From the human T2T-CHM13v2.0 reference genome, Homo sapiens, in assembly GCF_009914755.1 (NCBI RefSeq), contig NC_060929.1: a stretch of DNA of 64,000 nt; one strand, 5' to 3'. The translations under genes and the position numbers were made by a program. This document shows positions 1 through 14,529 of the stretch, piece by piece (the stretch's first letter is position 1; each line of letters opens with the position of its first letter). Under the pieces are notes generated by a model. The model was not told the DNA's origin. It was given only the letters and a program-made list of their open reading frames with translations, and made no database searches.

Positions 1-78
1 GAGTAAAATTAAATATTTGTTGTTTTTACACTTCTACATTTGGAAGTCATTTATTACCCAGCAATAGAAACTTATACA
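1..78 (+). mobile_element. 3' end of a MaLR LTR (MLT1-like), cut by the window edge
   Basis: attaaatatttgttgttttt...ttattacccagcaatagaaacttataca resembles the MaLR LTR 3' terminus (degenerate polyA signal, ending ...ATACA). Confidence 0.55.
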
Positions 79-287
79 GCAGGAAATGCTGTCTCCCCTG
101 TATTGTTCTGACTCTGTTTTCCACATGGTAAGAAAACAATCCATGGAAAATGTAGTGGATTTTATCAACATTGGTTTTGATTCACACAAGATAGAAAATC
201 ATTAAAACTCGAAAGGCATGTTGATTTCAGTGTTCTGAAAATGCAGCCTGTATAAGCTGTGGTCTATCAAGACCACTGAGTTAGAGA

Positions 288-422
288 AGAGGTAGTTAAA
301 TTATGGGCCTGCTCACCAAATGTGGCCCACCACTTGTCGTATATAAAACAAAATAAATATAGCCTACAAAGCCTAAAATATTTACTATCTTGTCCTCTAC
401 CAGAAAGGTTTGCTGATCTCTG
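288..422 (+). mobile_element. MER58-type hAT-Charlie MITE, internally deleted
   Basis: aaattatgggcc...ccaaatgtggcccacc (5' part) joined to caaagcctaaaatatttactatct...agaaaggtttgctgatctctg (3' part). Confidence 0.7.
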
Positions 423-762
423 AGTTGAAGAATGGCAAAGTTAGAAAGAGAATGTAAGTGTTCTAAGTATTCTTTTCTTATTATGTTGTTGGGCAAAAAT
501 ATCATTTTTCAATAATATCAGTATATTTTAATGGGCCTATTTCATGATTCTTATCAGCACTTCTTAAATTTTTTAAGGATTTTTAGTTGTTTTTGTTTTG
601 GGAGTTCCCCCAGCCCCATTTTTTAGGTCTCCTTGTTTTGCTTTTAGTTTTCCTATCAAAAGAAAGAGATAAGTCACAGGAGAAGGAATACACATCACAG
701 TTTTCTATGATACCATCAGTGAAGCAAATTCATATCAATTGAAGAAAATTAATATCTGAGGT

Positions 763-975
763 CAGGGGTTGGCAAACTTTTTCTACAAGGGCAAGGATAT
801 TTTTAGCTTTGCAAACCACATGCTCTCTGTCTCATCTACTCGACCCTGATGTTTAACAGAAAAGCAGCCACAAACAGTGCTTAAATAAATGGCTATGTTT
901 GTGTACAATAAGACTTTATTTATAGAAGCAAGTGGTAGGCTGGAGTTAGCCTGCAATCGTCATTAGCCCACCCCT
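763..975 (-). mobile_element. MER58A hAT-Charlie MITE, near full length
   Basis: Starts caggggttggcaaactttttct, contains caataagactttatttat, ends cccacccct; reverse complement of the recalled MER58A consensus. Confidence 0.8.
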
Positions 976-3900
976 ATTTTGGATAATGTAGGGACACACG
1001 CACAAGCAGGGAGGTAGCAGGGATGTGGCACTGCTGCTTGAGATGTTTGCAGTTGTAAATCCTATACAGAGAAGGAAGGGGAATACAATACATGAGATTC
1101 ATGTCATAACAATATTTTGCCTGTTTACTACATTTTTTTATTCAGTATACTCTAAACTATTATCCAGTTTACTAATAATATCGAATTAGAGTTGAGTTAG
1201 TATACTGAAAGACCTCATAAGTTAAAATTTAGTCTTTATTATTACAACTTGAAAATCTTACCTTTTTGCAGTAGATTTAGTTCTTCAAGATATAAAAAGA
1301 GGTCATTTCAGATTTCAATAGCCCCACTAAAACAGCTACCTCCCAGCCTGAGAGTCCTGAAACAGGCTTTTTTCCCTCTGTTGTCAAACCTTCCTAAACA
1401 CAGTATTCGCAGACTGTGTGGTATGTTTTCCTCCTAGTTTTCAGAATCCCTGAAGTTCTTCCAATACAAAAAAAAAGGCTTATTTTTACCAGTTGGTGGA
1501 GGATGTTCCACTTTCAAAGGGAGAGAATTTTTAATTCCCTCCATAGGGCTTCATAGCTATTGTAAACTTCATGGGCAGGCTTTCACCTGCATAGAGGACC
1601 AATTCCACATAATGCCAACCATTCTAGGGTAAAATGGATGGGGTGAGGGTGACAGTAACCCTGTACCCATTACTAGCACATAGTTAAAAGGTAATATGAA
1701 AATAGACTTTGGGGAAAATTTTATGTTTTATATTTACCTCAAAATAAATGCCTACTTAGACAAAAAATAAAATTCTTTCCACTGCTAAAAGCAAATAAAT
1801 AAATTTCCCAGAGATTCAAAAATGAAAAGAATATTACCTTTGTCCCTAGGATAGATATATAGATGAATAGATTTCAGAGCATTTTAAAATGCACTGAAAA
1901 AGTAAGCAACTAATTAGCAATTAGAAATGTATAGTAACATTGATTACATAAATATAAGTGTACATATATAAGTAATTATAAAAAGCAAGGCACAAACATT
2001 ATAATATTACTTTCAACCAGTTCAATCTGAAGAAAAGGAAATTTTGAAATGTTTGCTTTGAAAGCTCAGAGAATTATCCACGTGTGAAAAAATCCAAAAT
2101 TGCTTCAAAGTGTAAAAATTATTCTTCTTTCCACCTACAAGTAAGTCAAAATTGCTGTGCACATTTTCATCAAAATTTCTTAAAAGAAATTATCCAGCAA
2201 GGAAAATCTTTGAAGCTATACAATAAAAACTTCAGGGACAAAAGAAAACTATTCTCAGTGCCTTCATCTATAGAGTACAAGCAAAACAAACCACCCTTTA
2301 CACACAAGCACATGTGTGTGTACGTTTATTAATTGATTCAACAAAATTTTACTGAGAGTCATGTACATTAATTTGTACACAATTGTATGCATATAGGCAT
2401 GTGTATTTTACATGAGTATAATCATATGTGTGAATATATCTGCAAAAGCAAAGCCAAGAGGAAGGCCTAAGGATAAAGAGCAAATATTCATGTAAAGAAA
2501 CCCCCAACCACATGAAGGCACCAGAAATTATTCTATATATACAAAAATGTTGTATATAGTGATGTTAGAGATCATAATGAATATTGGAGGTGAGAACAGG
2601 ATGACCTCAAGGGTATCCTTCTGGAGCATCAGAAATGTCTTTGATGGGCAATGATGGAGAGGCACCTGCTCTTAGGAGAGGACATGGAGGGAAAGGCAGA
2701 AAAGATAAACTGTGTCACATCACTGTTTAAGAGCAATGACCAAAATTGGAAATTCTTCTCTAAACTTTTTAATTAAACATTTTAAAGTAAAATTGATTAT
2801 TTAAAAATACTCCTTAAGTTGTCTGGAAGGCTGCTTAAATTTGTGGTTGTTTTGGTTGTAATTAATAATAGTAATAACCACTGTTTTCACTTCTAAAGTA
2901 AGAAAAAGTAGAGGCTGGCCATTAACTTTTCTCCTTAATCTCTGGCAAGCCTATATTTCAATTGCCTTTTATAGCCAGAAATAAGGAACTAAATTAGTAA
3001 TCCATATATAAGATGCTTCTCAGGTAGGTAGCAACTTACCTAGTAATACTAGGGAAAAGGATGCTCTTACCATTACTGAGACACCATCATGTAGTCTCCA
3101 GGCCAGTGTGCTTGTTGAAGTTAACAGGTAGCTGCAGCCATCATAAGATTACCATTGGGAAAAATTCAACATGATATAATATTAAACAGTAATTTCTGCA
3201 GAGATAAAAACAGGTTAGTCATTATAACAGCCAGACCCTGGATTTCCAAACTAATAGATATCTGGTTTTTAATTCTGCCTTAGAAATATAATGCACACCT
3301 ATTGGAAGCTTATTATTTCATAAGAGAAGTACATAGGAAAAAACTCCAGGCCCTAGGAATTGAGAAAAAGAAGTTCATTTTTTTGAAGTGGGAAGAATGT
3401 CCAGAACCTATTAGAACCTACATTCCCTCCATTGCTCTTCCCAGGAAGATCAACACTCACTTTATCAAGAGAAAATGTCTCACTGTGAAAAAACAGGGCC
3501 CATTGTGAAGCTGAAGGAGCCAAGCAGACTTGTCTGCTTAAGACCTAAAGGTCTGCCCAAGAGACAGAGCCCTGAAAAGAAGTGAACCTAGTCAGCACAG
3601 AAAGCATCTTGGCAGGAGCCATCTAACTGCAAACACCAATACCTCTATAGCTTCTCCTTTAGAAATAGTGCCAGACCAAGCCAGCTTACCTGGTCATCTT
3701 TCATTCCCAACTAGATCTGCCCAGTACCTCATGGCAGGTGATCAAAGAACACTACCATCTCGGTGTGGCCTCCCAGCCCTACACCTGCCAGGCTGCAGCC
3801 TGCCCAACGCAGGGTGGCAGGGTCAGAAGGACATTTTAAAAGGGAATGAAAATGACCTTTAATATTTTGAGCAGAATGATAACTTCTTGGCAGGTTATAT

Positions 3901-6762
3901 TGCGATAGCACTTTGGTTACATAATGATCATCTCAATTTCACATTCATTTTAAGAAGTTTTTGCCAGAAAATAGTAATAACAATAATAATAATGGTGAAA
4001 TACAGGGCTTTATTCCAGAATGTAAATCCTTGACCAATGCTTCCTCTAGAAAGATAAGCTGTGACGCTGCAGATTTCCTGGACCTACACAGTGAGCTGCC
4101 TGTTCCCAGTGACACAGAAGCCATGGCCCAGGCAGCTAGTGCATTCTGTAACCCAGCTCAATGAAAACTAAGAGTTTGGCGCCCCCTCTTCCTCACCAGA
4201 GGCTCTAATTGTAATGGCCACCCTGCTCCACCTCCACCCACTGGTCCAGCGCCAAGTTGCCTGAAACTTCCCCACACCACACACAACGTGGCTAACAAGA
4301 ACCTCTGTTCCCAATACATTTGATCATCAAAATAGCACCATGTTTCCCCCAGAGAAATGCAATTTCATCTCCATTTCAAGTAGGTTGATGTGTGGTAATC
4401 AGAGGGAGACATAAATTTTGAACTTGAGCTTTATGTTGTGACTAGCATTAATTTAAGTGCCCTGCATCAAAGATCTGAGCTATTCCTCTAAACTGCTTTA
4501 AAACCCACCATGACTTTTCGTTGTTTCAGAAACCCACAGTGCAATCTGCAATGCATTATAAATTTTAAGCAAAGAATCTTATCTATATTTTCTTGTGCAT
4601 TCCAAAACTCCCTAAAATACTGATCAGAGACAGTGCCCACATTCCAAGACTAGTGCCACAAGTTTGCTACAAGTTGAGGGAGGAAAAAAAATTAAAGTAA
4701 CAGATGTTTGGGTTGCCTACTTCTGCTATTTTCAAAACTTCATCAACAATGCAAAGTTTTAAATTAGAAATGTACTATAGTTCTATTGTTCCCTATGGAA
4801 ATTTTTAACTAAAACCAGAGTCTAGGAATTCATTTTCAAATAAATATTCCAACTTTGGTTTTAAGAGGAAAAACTATACATATATATATATATCCTCTTA
4901 GAAGGAATGAAAGTTCCATCTGATGAGAAGCCCCCTCCACTCAGCACCACAGCAGGGAGTAGAATTCAATTGGTGGTAACTGCTCCCCGCTGCTCTTGCA
5001 GACTTGGTGGCTCCATGGGGTGTGCTCTCAAGGCTTCTGCTGTCCAAAGGGGAAGCTGTAGGGGATGCTCACGGCCCCACTACAGCTAGAAAATTTTGTG
5101 GGTCTGGTCCTGTCAATCCTCGGGATAGCTCCACGTGAGGTATTCTCACTCACTTCAAAGACAGGGCAGCTTCAGAAGCCCTTCCAGAAGGCTTGCCTGC
5201 ATCAACTCAGCATCCATGCTGCTCATCCCCCTCCTGGTTCTGCATGCCCAGCAAGGAAAGCTATTAGCTCCCTCCTGGCCTCAAAGGAAAGAGGGAGCAG
5301 AGTCCATTGTTTGCTCTCAAATCTGCATCCCTGGTGGCTAGTGGTTCACATATTAACTTAATTCAAAAGATTAGCAACACAGGGCTTAAATTATATAGGA
5401 TTCAGAAAAGTTCTGATCCAGGCTGAGAATGGAGACTGGACCAACAAGTGGAAACTCATAAAGTAGAGCCAGTTTTATTTGAATGTAAATTGATAGAAGG
5501 AAGTCAACATCTTTTGTTGGTGGTATTGTTCCTAAAATCCTTTTGTCCTGTATCAATTTCCCCATCTCTTCCACAAAACTACTCCTGACTCAACTAGCCA
5601 CAGTAATCCCTCCTTTCTCTGAGCTCTTAAAAATACCTGTAGTATCTGCTGCCAACTTAGCACTTTATTATATACTTACCTGTATTAGCCTCTGTATTAT
5701 ATTTTTAATACTGACTCCCCAAATAGATTTTGAGTGTCTCAAGGGCAAACAGAACGTCTTACACTTACTTTCAGGACCTATCACAGGAAGAGTGAGGAAG
5801 GGGGACCCAAGAGGACCATTTGGCATAAGCCTCATATTTAAAACAGGCCTCAAATTTAGATTTTTGATGACATCTCCAAATAAGGTTATACCTCAATTTT
5901 CATAGACGTACTGGCAAGAGTTTTTAAAAGAAGCATTTCATCCAACAACTTAAAATTCATCAGTTTCTATGATGCTCTTTTGGTATTACTTATTTTAATA
6001 CTCCAGAAGCCTCAAAAAATAGAAATAATTTAGTTTACCTCAGATTTTCTGTAGTGCCTGGCACTCTGTTACAAAAGATAAATGCAGAAAATGTTCCCTA
6101 ATGGTCACCAGACATGCTGCAGATGGAGGGAAGAAGTACAGAACTGTTACAGCACTTGACTATAACAAAAGCAGAGTTAGAGACCCAGGGCAACTGAAAA
6201 GATTCTACGCAGACTGGCTACAGTGAGCCCCTAAAGCGGTTGTGTGTGTTTTCAGGGCCCTCTCTCCTGTACAGCTACCTTGTCTCCTTCCTGATAACAA
6301 CATTAGCATCAAAAGAAGGGGTCTGTCCTCTTTGTTTGATAATGAAGCACCTCCTAAGAACTTGAAGATAAGGCAGCTTTGTAAACCAGTGGAACTTAGA
6401 GACAATAGCTGTGCTTCACCAGGTGTGAGAGAAAGCCGAGCAGGAAACTGTCTGTGAGGTGCAGCCAAAAGATTCTAAAAAATCCAGAACTCCAATCAAG
6501 GTAGTTTCCAGAAGTGATCTCAGGGAAGCAGGACTAGCATGTGATTCTAATGTAATCCAGAATCCCATACTGTCTTTGGAGAAAGATACTGTGACACAAA
6601 GTGTGTGTGAATAGTAAAGGGAAACACAAATTAGCCATGAGTTCATTGTGTGTGTTCCCTTTGTGAAGAGACTCAGGGGTAGTTGGTCATCTTCAGATGA
6701 CACCTCCAAGACAACCCTGCGTTCAAGGCACCTCTTTCTACCCTATTCTTGACCTCAGCTGA

Positions 6763-7139
6763 TGTGGTAGTTATTAGTACTGTTCACCAAATTTTTCTGG
6801 CTCTCCATCTTCTGGAACTTTATAGAATTGCATTCTCCTATTCTTCATCGCAATTAGGGATAGCCTTGGCTTGTTTTAGCCAATGAAATGTGAGTGACTT
6901 AAGAGCCAGAGAATGAGCCACTGCGTCTCCATTGTCCTACCTTGCTCATCACAGATCATGACGAAAACAGAGACAGAGACTTGCTCTGCAAAGGTCCTGA
7001 GTGAAAGAAGCCAAGCTCTCCAAATGACCAGTGGGGGCGATTTAATATGAAGAAGAAACAAGCCTTTGTTATTTTAAGCCACTGAACTCTTGGAATTATT
7101 TCTTAACACAGTTTAACCCACCTTATTCTGATTGATAAA
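6763..7139 (+). mobile_element. MLT1-type MaLR solo LTR (old)
   Basis: Starts TGTGGTAG, contains gccaatgaaatgtgagtga and the typical 3' block cctttgttattttaagccactga...ctgattgata. Confidence 0.6.
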
Positions 7140-7459
7140 ATCAGCGATTACCTCACCATGCTTAATCCCCTGATCCTCAAACTGAAGTGCCTTCAGGGTT
7201 ATGCTGTTCTATGCCAGGGGATTAGAGAAGCCACAGGATAGGGGAGGCACATGTTACCAGAGCATCCACCGGACTCACTGTTAATTTAAAATGTTATTTT
7301 TATATTCAAACATACACAAATGAGTACAAAATTTTATTAGTTTTTAAGATGAAAGAGGAGATTTCAAAGAATTTCAGAAGCACAAATTTAGTGGATAAAA
7401 TAAGGCATTCCAGTAGAGAAGGGGCCTCTGAGAGAAGCAGCCTCAGTGAAGAGAAGAGA

Positions 7460-7550
7460 AACTGAGGCACAGAGAATCTATGTGACTCATCCAAGGTCAC
7501 ACAGCTAGGGAATGCAGCCCAGGTTGGCTGATCCAAGGCCAGAGCTCTTT
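7460..7550 (-). mobile_element. MIR SINE core fragment
   Basis: aactgaggcacagag...gtgactcatccaaggtcacacagctag is the MIR core in reverse orientation. Confidence 0.7.
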
Positions 7551-7892
7551 TGGCCACACACACCTAAGCATGTGCAGTAATGATTCTTCTGGTATTCTCA
7601 ACAACATAAGGGAGACAGCCATCCTCATGTGAGAACCAGCCATTGCCTCTTCACTGTTGACTAAGGATGCCGGCAATGAGGTAGCTGACCTTGCTACCAA
7701 ATCATCACTGTTCACAGACAGAGATGCAACAAATATTCTGCCTTCCTTTCTTTCCCAACTTCTCACCATAGAAAGATAAAAAATAGATAAAGTTTGCCTT
7801 TCCCCCCCAAATTTTCCAGCTTTCAATCTTTATAATCTAATAAATTATCTCCATGTTGGGGGTCATTAAATATAATGAGCTATTGGAGAAAA

Positions 7893-7894
<2 letters not shown>

Positions 7895-7935
<41 letters not shown>
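7895..7935. repeat. (GT)20 microsatellite
   Basis: Perfect dinucleotide run read directly. Confidence 0.98.
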
Positions 7936-7936
<1 letters not shown>

Positions 7937-9910
7937 CTCCAAGAAGGTTCCCCAGTGATGAACAATGCCTTAATAGCTATCTTTGGAACAAGGCAGGGTT
8001 TGAATAAATAACCTTCTGCAGTCAGTTTAGTGCCAGATCATTCTTAAAAGCAATATCTTAGGTAAAGTTTGGAAGTAACATTTATGTTTTCTTTTTTTAA
8101 TTGAAACTTAGCTTTTTCAGTCTCTTTTGGAATTTTATGAACCTAAATTTTCAAGTGGGAGAATTCAAAGCAGATGAAAAGCAACCAGATTTTTTAAAAA
8201 AGAAAAGGACTTAAAAATCATAACCCACCCTCACTCACAGTCTTTCAGAGCTAATTATATATAGTTAAGATAATCTGAAACTCTAGAAGCACCCTTGCCA
8301 ACATTCTTTGTATCTATAAAATCAGCCTATGATAATTTAAGATCAATAGTTTGTAAAAGTCAATAGTCGAGTCCTACCTCTTGTAAGTGTGGCCAGTTTC
8401 TGATGCAGACATTGCCAATTGCTCAGCATTGTGAGATGCTCTGAGCCATGTAAGTCCATGCCATTCAATGTCCACAAGCATTAACTCAGGTTTCTTAGTA
8501 ACTCATTTTTTATGCACATCACTCACAAAGAAGAGCTACTTTTATTTTTGCACAAGTCCTTGCTCACTTTCAGAGGACATAGCTCTCACAAATACACTTT
8601 GGTTTCCTTGCTCTCTCAGTAAACAGATTTTTTTCCTGCAATGCTCTTTTGGTGAAACTTGTTTTGAGAACAGTGAGTACCACCCTACATCAGATTTTGT
8701 CGGTTATGCTGTTATTGCAGATACAGAAGAAAAGTTTGTTTGAAATTTCCAAAAGCTCTCAAAATAAATGCCCCAGGATGGTCCCCATTCTACCTGTCCA
8801 AATTTGTCCCCCATCCTCTCCCTAAAGTCCTCCATCCCCGTCAAGTACACCCCCCAGCAACATTCCAAGCTGGCTCTATCTCTGAGGTTTTGCTCACACT
8901 ATTTAAACACACGTGCACCCAGTGTCTGTGATGCACAAATTCTTCTGTCTGTCAATGTAAATCCTGTCCAACCTTCAAAGCCTAACCCAAGTCCCAAAGA
9001 CTCCTGGAACACTTCCCATATCAAATTTACCCTCAACAATAACCCACTTCTGTGAATTCTGACAGCAATTGCTGTGCTTGCCATGTATTCTGATGTTTAG
9101 CCCTATTCCATTTTACATCATCCTGCAATTGCTTCATTGTGTATTTCTTAGATCTTTCATTTGATCAAAATGTCATACCATGGAGGGTATATGTATAAAC
9201 CAAAGAATGAAATTCTTCAGGAGAGACCCACATGGTAACTAAGATCTTTGTATCTTTCCCAATTCTTAGATCATCAACTTTCAGAAGTTTTCCAGGTCTA
9301 ATCTACAATGAGCATAGAAGGTACAGAGAGCTTCATCTCCACCCATCTACCACAAGAGTCACCCCTCAAATTTTGTGCCTCTTGGAGTCATACTCAAATG
9401 AAGGCCAAAACTGAGATAACCACAATTAGCCACTCTAGCAAACAGACTGCTTCACCAGCAAGGCTGAAACATCAACCAGGGCCAGGTGGTGGGAATTGTA
9501 CAAAGAATCAGACAGAAGTAATGTGTCATGCATAACCAGAGGAATGTCAGCTACAGACCTTGCCCTCAGCCCCACAGGTATAAGCTATCCTCCAGGTAAA
9601 TAGCCTGCATCACAAAGATGCCATGGAGCACAGGCATCCTAGACACACCCAGGGAATGAGACCTTGAAAAGCCAAGTGCCTATAGCATATAAGCAAATGT
9701 CTTATCATAAATAAAGTAAAGATAAAAACAGGAGATTTCTGTTACCTTTGGAGATAATATATAGTCCTATACACACTTAAATGTTTTAGCAGAGTGGCAT
9801 GTTTAGTAAAGTGTGAAATTTTCAGTGTTTTTTCTGCATTAGTCAACAATATTATTCAGATGGTAAATAAGTTCACTTTTCCTGGCATTAATAGAGGTAG
9901 ATTGCCGCAT

Positions 9911-9945
<35 letters not shown>

Positions 9946-9951
9946 CACACA
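9911..9951. repeat. (AC)n microsatellite with one interruption
   Basis: Read directly. Confidence 0.95.
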
Positions 9952-10076
9952 GTCTTCCTTAGACTTTATCCTTTTGGTTAACAATACCATTCAAATGTGC
10001 AATTCAGCTGCTCATCCCTATAGAGGCAAAATGTTATTTAAAAAGTTGCCTTCAGTTTGTGCCTATTGCTCTAGGG

Positions 10077-10268
10077 CAGCAGTTCTCAACTAAGGGTGAA
10101 TCTGCCCCCAGGGGACATTTGCCAAGGTCTGAAGACATTTGGGGCTGACTTGACTGGGATAGTAGTATTGGCATGCTGGTAAACATCCTACAATAAACAG
10201 GACAATCTCCTACAACAAAGAATTTACTAGGTCCAAAATGTTAGTAGTGTCAAATTTGAGAAACTCTG
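10077..10268 (+). mobile_element. MER20 hAT-Charlie MITE
   Basis: TIR-like ends cagcagttctcaac / ttgagaaactctg; internal tgcccccaggggacatttg and taaacatcctacaat...acaggaca match MER20. Confidence 0.8.
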
Positions 10269-10312
10269 TCCCAGAAGTAAAAGCAATACAACATTTCAAG
10301 GCAAGAATGCTT

Positions 10313-10590
10313 GGCCAGGTGCAGTGGCTCACACCTGTAATCAGAGTTTTTGGAGGCCAAGGCAGGAGGATCACTTGAGCCCAAGAGTTTGAGTTCAGCC
10401 AGGGCAAGATAGTGAAACCCTTGTCTCTACAAAAAAATAAAAATAATTAGTCAGGTGTGGTGGTACACACCTTGTGGAGGCTGAGGTGGGAGAATTGCTT
10501 AATCCTATGAGGTCAAGGCTACAGTGAGCCGAGATCATGCCACTGCACTTCAACCTGGACAACAGAGAGAGACCCTGTCCAAAAAAAAAA
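10313..10590 (+). mobile_element. AluJ-type SINE
   Basis: Dimeric Alu with J diagnostics (ggaggatcacttgagccca, gaggtcaaggctacagtgagc, agaccctgtc), short A tail and heavy CpG decay. Confidence 0.9.
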
Positions 10591-11069
10591 TGCCAGATTG
10601 CTTCTTGTTTGAGGGAAATCACTTTAATAATCCTTTGACTTATGCAAAAGAAAAGTCAAGATCTTATTTTGAAATAGGTAATTTCAGACTCTAAGCCCTA
10701 CTGATGGCTTTGTGAACAGCGTCTCTGCAGAGACTGGTATGATATTAACTTCCTATTAAATTCTTAAATTCGTTGAGTGAGAAAGGAAGAAAGAGTCAAG
10801 AAGTGTCCCAGATTTCCAGGAAGGACTGATTTGAGGGAATTCTCTTCTAAAGAGGGAGATAAAATAACGCTCAGCAATGTCACAGTAGGCAAGAGGCTAA
10901 ATAAAGCCAGTCAAAATGGTGCTCCCCATGTTGAGCATGGCAGATGGCATCTGGAATTGGTGGGATTTCATCCAGCTGTAAGTTTTCCTTTTTCACACTG
11001 TTATTCTCTAACACCCGCAAGCCTTCAAAGAAAGTTTTATAAAGCACCACGGCCTAGTGTTCACTGTGT

Positions 11070-11481
11070 CTGAGGAAATAAGAATTACCTAGTCAAGGAT
11101 GTCTTTAGAGGAAGTAGGTAAAAGTGTGAAGGAAGCCAGGGCAGACTGGGAGAGCAGTGAGATACCACAACCTGAGAGTGGCATAGGGGGAAATAAGGTG
11201 GGGCAGAAGCTTCCTAGAGCACCCAACAGCATATGGGAGGTTCTGCAAAGCAGCAGGGAAGTTATTGAGTCAAGTTGGCTGTCAGAAGAATCTGGCATCT
11301 CCCAGGAATGAAATGCTTTAGTATCCTTGCATGGTCTAGTCACTGGTTGAGCCCTTAATTGGCAAAGCCCTTAGGAAGAGTGGCCTCAAAGTAAACGGAG
11401 CCATAGATTCAGAGTGCAACAGCCAAGGTCAGTTACAGTCCTTATACTGGGAGGTCAGCAAGGTGCATTCTCATGGCCACA
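11070..11481 (-). mobile_element. LTR16-like ERVL solo LTR (old; left boundary approximate)
   Basis: Minus strand begins TGTGGCCATGAGAATGCACCT, resembling the recalled LTR16 5' end; the internal sequence is LTR16-like. Confidence 0.45.
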
Positions 11482-13606
11482 TCATGAATAAAACTATAAC
11501 TAGCTATTTGCGTGATAAGAGGAAGTGTTTCCTGGAACTTCCATGTCTCAACCCCACCATCTGTTCATATGCCCTCTTTTCTACAGGAGTAGCAACAGAT
11601 ACTTTAATTGCTGATTAATCTCTCAAAAGTAAATAGCTGCCAACCGAGTGTAAGAATAAAGAAAATGAGAAGTCAATTGTTCTAGGATCACCAGAGAAGC
11701 AGAAAACTCTCAGACTTTAGAGAGTGCCCAAATTAAGAAACTCTTCACCCACCTTTTAGCTTCACTTGAAACTGGCCCAGGATATGCCATTCAGAGCCCC
11801 ACTGCAGGGCACCTTGGCGTGTTGCCAGCCCTCTGTCATACAATGACTGCCAGCTCCTTCCAGACTTTGAAATGCTCTGTGAGAGAACCATCATTACCTA
11901 CCATAGAACTTCTAAGGGAAAATTGAGTTGAATAAATTATTAGCAATTTCATAATAAACTTCAAATCATCCTCCATACATTTTCTTCTAACTGCCAGAGT
12001 AATTCATATATTAAACATTTAGATAGTACCATCATTCCTTGTCAACTTTCCCTTGTGAGAGATTGTTAAGAGTAGAGCATTATGTTCCAGGAGAGTTTGA
12101 GTTCAGAAAGGCCTCAAGGCAGACTGTGAGCTAGAAGCCTTCTCAAAGGCCTGCCAGCTCTGTGATTTTATGATTTCTGATGAAAAACGATAGCACATTG
12201 AGAAACTGTCCCTGAAACAGAAAGGAAAGTCAGTGGAGAAGCCAGCCTTAGGGAATGCCTCACTTCCTAGACTATCTCCTAAAATATAGACTATATATTA
12301 GAACCATAGATACTCATATTGTCCCTTTATTTCTGAGCTTCTTTTGGAATAAGTGGTTATTAGAAGACAGTATTTGTTTGCATTTGTAAGCATTCCAAAA
12401 ACAGCATGCAGAAGGACAAGTGAGCCTTAAAAGAGCATCATGAGATTTTTGGTTTTGGTCCTGGACAGAATGTCAAGCATGACCTGCAGTTATTTTTCCA
12501 ATAACAGTGTGAACCAAAGTCCATTTCTCCATTTTGTCTTACACACCCACTTGCCAGATCTAAACAGAATAAATATTGATACAGTGACTTCAGACAAAGT
12601 TAAAGTCAAGTTGGCCTAAAGCACCAGGAACATCAGAAATGTCCCTTAGTGTGTTCTTCATTCAAGTCCTTAGAATTTTTGGTTGCTCTGACAATAAAAT
12701 TACTGCACACATTGTTTTCATCTTCTATTTGTAGAATACTAGAACACAAAAATGTTATTAACTTCACAAAGTGTGTATACACACACACACACTCATACAT
12801 GCACACAAAAAATGCTCAGCTTGTCAACAGCTTTAGTGAAGTAAAATACAATTGATAATTAGAAACATGTGTCCCCAGCAAAGAGGCACAGAAACTAAAA
12901 GGTCATCTTTTTCCAAATGACCTAATTAGAAGAGCCTGGAGTGCTGGCTACAGTATAATGGTTTTGCACAGCTTTTAACTCAGACTTCCTGTTTTAAAAC
13001 AGTGCAATTTACTGCTCCTGCAGCAAATATGAATGGTCACTTAATGCCAACAGAATTAGGCCTTACAACACCACCTGCCTCCAGCAATCTCATTGTTAGA
13101 CCCATCAGCTGAGGATTGCTGATTTACCATCCCAGAATGACGATTTAGAACCTAGTGCCAGGATTGCTGCCAAGTTGAGAACAAGGATTTCATGTAGAAG
13201 AGAGCCCACTTGGTACTTTATATTAATGCCAATTGAAATATGCATGAATAGACCAGAGGCAAAGCGGTTGTTCAGAATCAGACTATCAGTGAATGCTTCT
13301 TAGGTTCTTTTTTTTTTCTTTTTGGTCCTAGAGCTAGGATTTTGATGCTGAATAATTTTAATTGACCAGAGACAACAGACACAAACTGGCTGAAAATGCT
13401 GCATGGTAGAAACTTAAACAGACACCCAAATAGAATTGTCATTTTAAATAGACACCTCTGTAAATCTGTACTTAATCTCTCTCATATGTATTCAGTATTT
13501 CGTGATGTTTCAGCAAGTATTCATCTTGCTTGTCTTTTTCTTTGCCTCAGTTCTCTCATCTGAAATACCTAACTAATGCTTTGGAGCAGCAATGTTAATT
13601 GAGGAC

Positions 13607-13975
13607 TGTGAAGAATAAAAATTCGGTAACAGCAATGGATGCTCAGCTACAGACTACATTTCTCAGCCTCTCTTGTAGCTAGGTGTACTCATATGACGAA
13701 GTTTGGTCTCACAGGATGTGAGTGGAAAGGATGTGTACAACTTCCAATGCACCTTTATGCGGATGGTTTGCCTTGAATTTTCTCTGTCCCCCTGTTGATG
13801 GCTAAGAAGTGATGATAATTTTAGCAACCTTGGGTAAACAACCTTGGGTGATAAAGCTTTCCTGACAGCCTTGGATCATTCATCTATATACTCTTCCATG
13901 AGAGAAATAAACTTCAATCACTGTTAACACACTGTGGATGAGGGCTACTTTGTTAAGCTGTACCTCAACTAATAA
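13607..13975 (+). mobile_element. MLT1-type MaLR solo LTR (old)
   Basis: gactacatttctcagcctctcttgtagctagg...ggatgtgagtggaa and 3' gagagaaataaacttc...aactaata. Confidence 0.6.
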
Positions 13976-14529
13976 AAGCAAAGGGAGCATCAATAAGTTG
14001 CATCTACTCTTGTGCCCAGAATTTTGTGTATATCTTTTGCATTGTTCAGTTCATTAGTAAACCAAACTGAAAGTAACTTTAACTTTGGCTAATCCTTATT
14101 TTTGCCAATTCTTGAACTAAACTTGTCTTTAATATCAAACTTAGTTCATGGGCTCTGTTCTGCAAAATAAGGAAGATGAGGCTGTTGAAGTTGCAAAATC
14201 CAGTGGTTTAAGGTTCTGAACTTTACTATGACTGGAAGTAGACCAATCTGAAATATGTTTCTGGCATTGTATCCAAAGAAGTACATCTGTAAATGCTGTT
14301 TCTATAATTTCCCAGATAGAAAAGTTTTGATACATGTATTTTCCTTATATAATAGTTTCTTTGCAATATTTTAAATTCCTATCTGTCCACTGGCTTCTTC
14401 CTTTGGACCCTTAGTCACTCAAAGGTCTATTTGAATTTATAATATCTCTTAACTGGATTCTTCTGTTCCTCTGATAAGATTTGTTTTATGCATCACTTTC
14501 CCTACCCAAATTTCTCAGTGTGGTCTAGG

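Noticed and set aside
4170-4200. CTCF-like AGGGGGCGCC on minus (and CCACCAGGGATG at ~5325-5340)
   Set aside because: Only half of the motif matches in each case.
4900-5400. GC-richer stretch with overlapping short ORFs, possible exon or retrocopy
   Set aside because: No recognisable protein, polyA/TSD or convincing splice-site pair.
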